Notes under the pieces: model-generated
What the model was told of the DNA's origin: nothing
The model's database searches: none
What the model saw: only the letters and a program-made list of their open reading frames with translations
IMG/VR virus record: IMGVR_UViG_3300032516_000014
Coordinates: 1 to 64,000 of that record
Origin: a virus
Length of the DNA stretch: 64,000 nt
Reading direction: 5' to 3' (one strand)
In this document: positions 58,979 through 64,000 of the stretch, in pieces
Position numbering within the stretch: the first letter of the stretch is position 1
Layout of the letters: every line of letters starts with the position of its first letter
Position numbers and translations under genes: made by a program

Positions 58979-59283
58979 TGAAACGAAACAGAATCAGCAA
59001 GAACCAAGCAGCCCGAGCAATCGCCCACGCCGTGCGCAACGGCTGGAATCGCCGGGTTGACGTTTCCCGAACCCTACAGAATCAACCGCGGTGCATTATT
59101 GTGCAACTCGGCAAAGCAAAGGGCTCAGAATGGGCTCAACTCTTCGTCAACTTCGTCAAGCACGTCAGTTCCGAACGCTGGAGCGTGCAGCTCCACTCGC
59201 AGTGCAACTACCATCACAAACTGGTCCAAGGCCGGTCGGAATTCGGTTATCAACTCAGCCGGATGAACTCGGAGGCAGCCTAA
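58978..59283 (+). CDS. Hypothetical early protein, probably leaderless
   Basis: ATG at the predicted transcription start. Confidence 0.7.
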   Translation: MKRNRISKNQAARAIAHAVRNGWNRRVDVSRTLQNQPRCIIVQLGKAKGSEWAQLFVNFVKHVSSERWSVQLHSQCNYHHKLVQGRSEFGYQLSRMNSEAA

Positions 59284-59304
59284 CCTTCAACCCTTCCTAG
59301 TGAT

Positions 59305-59445
59305 ATGAACGGAAAAATCTACTTCGCAAATCTCCACGAGCTCGCAATGTTCTTGCGCGCCTTCACCGGCTCCACTGCCACTTTCGAGGTGCAATACAAT
59401 CCCCGGGCCGCCCGCTGGGTGCTCGAATTCCTGGAGGGATTCTAA
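59305..59445 (+). CDS. 46-aa hypothetical protein missing from the ORF track
   Basis: MNGKIYFANLHELAMFLRAFTGSTATFEVQYNPRAARWVLEFLEGF fills the gap before ATG 59447. Confidence 0.6.
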   Translation: MNGKIYFANLHELAMFLRAFTGSTATFEVQYNPRAARWVLEFLEGF

Positions 59446-59446
59446 T

Positions 59447-59701
59447 ATGAACGGAACAATTTGCATCCGCAAAGGCTGCCGGGAATACTGCGTCTCGCAG
59501 CAATCCCGGGGCTTCCTCGCCACCTTCCGCAACGTGTCCTCCTGGGACAACAAAGCGCACGGATGCGACTACTATGTCACGCCCAGTAGTGCCGAAGAAG
59601 CGCCGGGCACCTGGCGGCAGTTCGCCGAGCTGTCTGCGGCACTTCGAGCAATCTGCAACCACCCCGACCTCGACCCGCGCCCGTATGCCCCTAAAAACTG
59701 A
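59447..59701 (+). CDS. Hypothetical early protein
   Basis: Packed ORF in the early cluster. Confidence 0.6.
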   Translation: MNGTICIRKGCREYCVSQQSRGFLATFRNVSSWDNKAHGCDYYVTPSSAEEAPGTWRQFAELSAALRAICNHPDLDPRPYAPKN

Positions 59702-59885
59702 AACCCTCTGGACCGTGTTCTTCCCCGGCGGCTGCTACTGGCGCCGCACCAAACATTACCTGTTCTACCCCGTCAAGCAACTTTGGGGCCTGCGCGAGCA
59801 CCGCGAACGCCGGCACTGCGACCCCTGCACGGACCTGGCCTATGCCCTCAGCCGAGGAGGCTATCAACTCCCCCCACGCGCATGA
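59685..59885 (+). CDS. Hypothetical early protein
   Basis: MPLKTETLW…; stop coupled to the next ATG. Confidence 0.5.
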   Translation: MPLKTETLWTVFFPGGCYWRRTKHYLFYPVKQLWGLREHRERRHCDPCTDLAYALSRGGYQLPPRA

Positions 59886-60391
59886 AAGGCGCTCCCCGCT
59901 TCTCCCGGAAGGTGCACGGCTTGCGATACGCGCAAATCGACCGCTTCCGCCCCCACCGGGGATACCTGGTCGTGTGGGCCTACGGTCCCGGGGCAGTCCG
60001 GTTCGAGATACGACCCGTGTGCCGCGAACGGCTTCGACTGCCCCGCAAGGCCGCTGAACTTGAACGCCTGTCCGCCCTGCTGCCCAATTGCCGGGAAGCA
60101 CAGCTCGAAGGGCTGGTGCAACGGAAACGACTCGTGATCGACTATGAAGTCACCTGCCCCCTCCCGCTGCCCCCCGTGATCTCGCGGCGCGAATTGAGGG
60201 CGCTGGTCGCAGTGATAGAGCTGGTCCGGGAGATTAGCCACTGGCTGCGAAAGCGGTTTCTGAACTTCGACCTGGAACGCGACGACAACTCCCTGTCCGA
60301 GCGCGTTCTTTACCACTGTTCCTTCTGCGGAGTCGTCTGCGCCTCCGGCCGAAGGTTATGTTCAAACTGCGCAGGCGAATTGTTAGATTAA
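59882..60391 (+). CDS. Hypothetical protein with C-terminal zinc ribbon
   Basis: CSFC…CSNC. Confidence 0.55.
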   Translation: MKGAPRFSRKVHGLRYAQIDRFRPHRGYLVVWAYGPGAVRFEIRPVCRERLRLPRKAAELERLSALLPNCREAQLEGLVQRKRLVIDYEVTCPLPLPPVISRRELRALVAVIELVREISHWLRKRFLNFDLERDDNSLSERVLYHCSFCGVVCASGRRLCSNCAGELLD

Positions 60392-60409
60392 CTCAACCAC
60401 GTATCAACT

Positions 60410-60634
60410 ATGCTACTAACTCTCATCGGGCTGCTCAGCGCCTACATCCGCCGCCCCACCCCCGACAACCGATCCGAAGTAATCGAGTTCGCCAAGAAAA
60501 CCGGGCTCTCGCTTTCCTGGGACCCGCAAACCCAAAGCTTCCTCGGAACTGTCGCGGGCACAAAACGCACGGCCTTTCTCTACGACGTGCAAGTCGAGAA
60601 TAAGCATTATGCCACCCTCGTTATCGAATCGTAA
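60410..60634 (+). CDS. Hypothetical early protein
   Basis: Packed ORF. Confidence 0.6.
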   Translation: MLLTLIGLLSAYIRRPTPDNRSEVIEFAKKTGLSLSWDPQTQSFLGTVAGTKRTAFLYDVQVENKHYATLVIES

Positions 60635-61220
60635 AGGCCTGTGCGCTCGCGCCGACCGGACTCACCTGTGCCCCGGGGGGACCCTCGAACCTTACGCCAT
60701 CCGCACCACGGAGGAAACCGGCGCCCTCCTGGGGATCTCCAAGCAAGCGGTGCAGCAGATCGAAGCACGGGCCTGGAACAAGATCCGCCGGAAGCTCCTG
60801 CCGCTCTACCAGGAATACTTCGGCCGCCCTCTGGCCCGGCTGCCCTCAATGGCGGAACACATCGACAACCTCCACCTGCGCGGACGGCTGCACTACGCCC
60901 CCGCCGCTCGCCACTGGTATGCGCTCCCGGGGACGCGCTGCAACCGCTGCCGGGGACCTCTCGAAGCGCTCTGCCGAGGAGACACAGTGACCGCGCGCTA
61001 CAGCAACGACGATGCAGTCCTCTGCAAACGCTGCGGACAGCCGGGCTGGTTGCTGAGCAACCCTGCGTGGAAGAACTGGCACGTTTGCTGGCACACGCCA
61101 GGATGCTGTTGTTACTGGTGCCTGCTGCATCCGCACCCCTGCACCCCCCGGCAACAAGCCGACCCGCTACTCCAACGAAATACCAAGTTCACTCAAATCG
61201 GGGTTTTCACCACGCGGTGA
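60609..61220 (+). CDS. Sigma-70 region 4-like HTH fused to a Cys-rich domain
   Basis: TTEETGALLGISKQAVQQIEARAWNKIRRKL; CNRC…CKRC. Confidence 0.65.
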   Translation: MPPSLSNRKGLCARADRTHLCPGGTLEPYAIRTTEETGALLGISKQAVQQIEARAWNKIRRKLLPLYQEYFGRPLARLPSMAEHIDNLHLRGRLHYAPAARHWYALPGTRCNRCRGPLEALCRGDTVTARYSNDDAVLCKRCGQPGWLLSNPAWKNWHVCWHTPGCCCYWCLLHPHPCTPRQQADPLLQRNTKFTQIGVFTTR

Positions 61221-61305
61221 ACTCCGCCGTTTCAGTGAACTCACGCCACGATATGAAACAAAAACGTTATGAAACTCAACGTGCCGCAAACTAATACAGA
61301 GAAGT

Positions 61306-61368
61306 AGCGCCGCTGTAATCGTATCGCCCGCCCTTGCATCTTCGCCTGGGCGGGCTTACTGTTGCGCC
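61306..61368 (+). promoter_or_regulatory. Third copy of the upstream-box plus leaderless promoter
   Basis: AGCGCCGCTGTAATCGT (61306-61322), 11 nt, TTGCAT-17-TACTGT-6-ATG 61369. Confidence 0.75.
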
Positions 61369-61758
61369 ATGATGAATATCAAGTGGAACAGCAACGGAAT
61401 CCCTCACGAGGAGACTGTCTCCTTGCAACAAGCCGCCGCACGGTTCGGCGAGCTCTGGCTGGACTCGATGGGCACGCACTTCCGCTACTTTGCGGAGTTG
61501 CGCGCCTTTAGCGAGGCACTACACGTCGCATACGCGGAGGGTGTCGGCAGCGAGGACATCCGAATCCACTTTGCAAACAGCCACACCATCCGCATGTGCC
61601 GGCACGCTTTCCGTAACGGAAGCTGGATCGACGCAGGCCGGCGGGAAGTGCGAGCTACCGATGTGCGGCTGATAAACGCGATTCACGGCCTGCCGAATAT
61701 GCCATCCGATCACGATGCCGGCGAAGCGCTCAACCCCGCGTATCGCAAGGTTTACTGA
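61369..61758 (+). CDS. Hypothetical early protein, probably leaderless
   Basis: ATG at the predicted transcription start. Confidence 0.7.
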   Translation: MMNIKWNSNGIPHEETVSLQQAAARFGELWLDSMGTHFRYFAELRAFSEALHVAYAEGVGSEDIRIHFANSHTIRMCRHAFRNGSWIDAGRREVRATDVRLINAIHGLPNMPSDHDAGEALNPAYRKVY

Positions 61759-61847
61759 GAAAATCACCGCCCGGCCGCCGGCCGGTGTCGAGCGCTCCCC
61801 AGGGCACAAAGCGCTTGGCGAACCGGCGGCCGGCGGGCAGAGCCGAC

Positions 61848-62084
61848 ATGAAACCGACCACTCCAAACTGGCAAAACGAACAGCCCGCGACCGTCCATTT
61901 CGCCGACGCGACCGAAGCGATGGACTACCTGCGCTCCCGCGGCTGGACCTGGGCGCGCGCGATCCCCGCGGGCTCAGTATGGGCTCACCCCCGCGTAAAC
62001 TCGCACAATTACTGGCTCCGCTCCGGGAGTGTTGCGGAAGCTGGCCCAGACACCTGGACAATCACCGCAATTTCCCGTTGCTAA
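61848..62084 (+). CDS. Hypothetical early protein
   Basis: MKPTTPNW… internal ATG of the track ORF. Confidence 0.55.
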   Translation: MKPTTPNWQNEQPATVHFADATEAMDYLRSRGWTWARAIPAGSVWAHPRVNSHNYWLRSGSVAEAGPDTWTITAISRC

Positions 62085-62094
62085 CCTACGCGAT

Positions 62095-62367
62095 ATGAAG
62101 ATGATACCTGGCTTCCTGTTGACCCCGGCCGATGTGCGCCGGGCAAAGTCGTTGTTTTGCTACCGCCACACTCGCGACCACAAGCCTCGCTGGTCCGTCG
62201 CGGTGCGGAAGAACGGGCGCCCCTACCCCGTGCAGTTCGCGTCAGACCAAGAGTGGTTGGACAACACCACCTTCGCCGTGAATGCCGACGGGCGGCTCTC
62301 GCTGACCGCGCGCGCCTGCGAGTCGAAACCCACCTGGCCCGACAACCCGGAGCTCCGAAAAATATGA
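62095..62367 (+). CDS. Hypothetical early protein
   Basis: MKMIPGF…QFASDQEWLDNTTFAV; stop coupled to the next ATG. Confidence 0.6.
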   Translation: MKMIPGFLLTPADVRRAKSLFCYRHTRDHKPRWSVAVRKNGRPYPVQFASDQEWLDNTTFAVNADGRLSLTARACESKPTWPDNPELRKI

Positions 62368-62831
62368 ACTTGGACAAGTGGCTGATATGCCAGCCGAAAC
62401 ACACCGCACAAAGCGAGCGGGCCTGGAAACGCGCGCAATCTCTGCGCTACCCGCCGCCGGTCATCTGGACGCCGGAGGCAATCGAGTGGCGCAAAGCCGC
62501 CTATCGACTGGCCGCGCACGCACACGGAATTCTCACTCCTGAAGAGCGGGCCTTCGCATTCTCTCCACCGGCCCCGCCGCCCCCTCCTCCGCCCCCGGAT
62601 GCGTTCGACCGCGTGGCAAAGCCGGTATGCGAAGCAATCGGCACGGGCATCGGCTACCTGCTGCTGTGGGGCATTGGGACGACAGTAATCGCCGGGATGG
62701 GCTTCGCAGGTTGCGTGCTTGCGGTCGCAGTCTTCCCTCAATTCGCGCTGCCGCTCGTGCTACTGAGCATGTTCTGGACCGTCTGCAAGTGGATGTCGTT
62801 TATATACAGCACGATAGGCTGTCACTTATGA
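62364..62831 (+). CDS. Membrane protein with poly-Pro linker
   Basis: Two to three hydrophobic segments at the C-terminus. Confidence 0.6.
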   Translation: MNLDKWLICQPKHTAQSERAWKRAQSLRYPPPVIWTPEAIEWRKAAYRLAAHAHGILTPEERAFAFSPPAPPPPPPPPDAFDRVAKPVCEAIGTGIGYLLLWGIGTTVIAGMGFAGCVLAVAVFPQFALPLVLLSMFWTVCKWMSFIYSTIGCHL

Positions 62832-63028
62832 AACCACCAGCAACTCCCTCGCGCACCTTCCCACTGCCCACCGTTGCGAGCGCGGTCTTGATGGGATTCA
62901 CGTGCTGCGCTCTGTCGGCGCCAATCGCAATCGCAGATTGCTGCGGGCACGGTGCGATTTGCCTGGCGGCGCTGTTGATCACTTGCACCCTCGCCTGGAT
63001 CTGCGGAGGACTGCAAGCATGCAAATGA
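62828..63028 (+). CDS. Small two-TM membrane protein
   Basis: Hydrophobic, ATGA-coupled on both sides. Confidence 0.55.
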   Translation: MKPPATPSRTFPLPTVASAVLMGFTCCALSAPIAIADCCGHGAICLAALLITCTLAWICGGLQACK

Positions 63029-63777
63029 GGGACCTAACTCTAATCTGCGGGCTCAGCTTCGACAACGGACTTTTCCCGAGGTTCGTCCGGTTTTACACTC
63101 TCCGCGGTGTTACCCGGATCGCGGTCGTGCTGCATACGCCGGAGCTGCACGAACACGTGCGCCAGGTTATCGCCGCCGCGGGCGCAAAACCGGAAATTTG
63201 GTGCGTGCCGCCCGGAGATCCAGACAGCCTGCGAGACGCAGCACTGCAAAATCAGCTCCGGGAGGAGTTGATAACGGAAGGTTGGTATGTGTGTGCAGAC
63301 GTGGACGAGTTCGCCTTGCACCCATATTTCGGCAACCTGCGGGACCTGCGGCAAGCAGCGGAGGGCTTCGAGGCGGACTACGTCGGAGGCACCTTGATCG
63401 ACCGCGTCGCACGAGACGGGCGAATCTCCGCCGGTCTCAACCCCGCGCTCACCCTGGACGAACAATTTCCCGTGCAGGCAGAAATCACCAAAAACGTGTG
63501 CAAAGGCCAGATTGCGAAGGTGATACTCGCCAGGAGCCACGTCCCGATTACCGCGGGGCACCACTTCGCAAACGGTCGTCAAGCACCAATCAACCTGCAA
63601 GTGCACCACTTCAAGTGGATCGGCGACGTATTGCAGCGAATTGCGAACCGCGGCGCCCGGCAGCAACGAAACGGATACTCCTGGTATAAAGAAAGTTACG
63701 ATCTGATTGATGCCTACTCCCAAACGCACTGCTTCGCCCCGGCGTGCGTGCCGGCAAAAATGCACGTCGGCGTCTGA
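63025..63777 (+). CDS. GT2-like glycosyltransferase
   Basis: FVRFYTLRGV, WYVCADVDEF, KVI…GHH, VHHFKW. Confidence 0.75.
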   Translation: MRDLTLICGLSFDNGLFPRFVRFYTLRGVTRIAVVLHTPELHEHVRQVIAAAGAKPEIWCVPPGDPDSLRDAALQNQLREELITEGWYVCADVDEFALHPYFGNLRDLRQAAEGFEADYVGGTLIDRVARDGRISAGLNPALTLDEQFPVQAEITKNVCKGQIAKVILARSHVPITAGHHFANGRQAPINLQVHHFKWIGDVLQRIANRGARQQRNGYSWYKESYDLIDAYSQTHCFAPACVPAKMHVGV

Positions 63778-63821
63778 TTTGCGATCGGGCATTCTCACTG
63801 CGTAGCGTCGGACGATACTCT

Positions 63822-64000
63822 ATGCAAACGACATCTCCATCACATGCGCACTACAAAAGTGCGCCCTGCGAGATCTGCGAGTGTTTGCGCCGCTGGCGGT
63901 TATACCGATACCCCTTCTCGAACGGGATAGTGAATTACGGCTGGATTTGCGAGACGTGCCGCAACGAGGAAAGCCGAGGCCGCTACATAACCAACGACGC
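63822..64000 (+). CDS. Zinc-finger hypothetical protein, 3'-truncated
   Basis: MQTTSP…CEIC…CETC, open to the window edge. Confidence 0.5.
   Translation, partial: MQTTSPSHAHYKSAPCEICECLRRWRLYRYPFSNGIVNYGWICETCRNEESRGRYITND

Noticed and set aside
61217-61242. Short direct repeat GTGAACTC
   Set aside because: Only 8 bp in two copies; insufficient support for a function

Overview
The whole window reads as most of one GC-rich tailed dsDNA phage genome with podovirus-like gene order; no bacterial housekeeping genes, integrase, CRISPR array or transposase were recognised, and both ends cut through small ORFs. Plus strand 1-12.3 kb is a replication block: SF2 helicase, Cas4-like nuclease, probable SSB, family A DNA polymerase, primase-helicase, sigma factor, RuvC-like resolvase and a phosphoesterase. 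Minus strand 12.5-58.8 kb is a late block: terminase, portal, scaffold, major capsid, collagen-like fibres, tail adaptor/nozzle, ejection proteins and about nine glycosyltransferase-like genes. Plus strand 59-64 kb is a run of small early genes. The main candidate for an undescribed system is the 2808-aa probable ejection protein (14749-23175). Its C-terminal half is a string of eight modules, each opened by a repeated 'A-F-M-P-K'-like linker. The cargo includes a B12-type radical SAM enzyme, an HhH-like domain and two duplicated domain pairs. An HExxH peptidase motif lies upstream, and one module sits between exact 26-bp direct repeats. Other highlights are a promoter-to-terminator ncRNA with a tRNA-like T-arm and CCA but no normal cloverleaf, a perfectly symmetric pair of divergent leaderless promoters around an 18-bp palindrome, a histone-fold gene, and a short 'GD-x4-LLRKI' motif shared by eight structural genes. 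All functional calls come from visual motif recognition; no database search or folding program was run.
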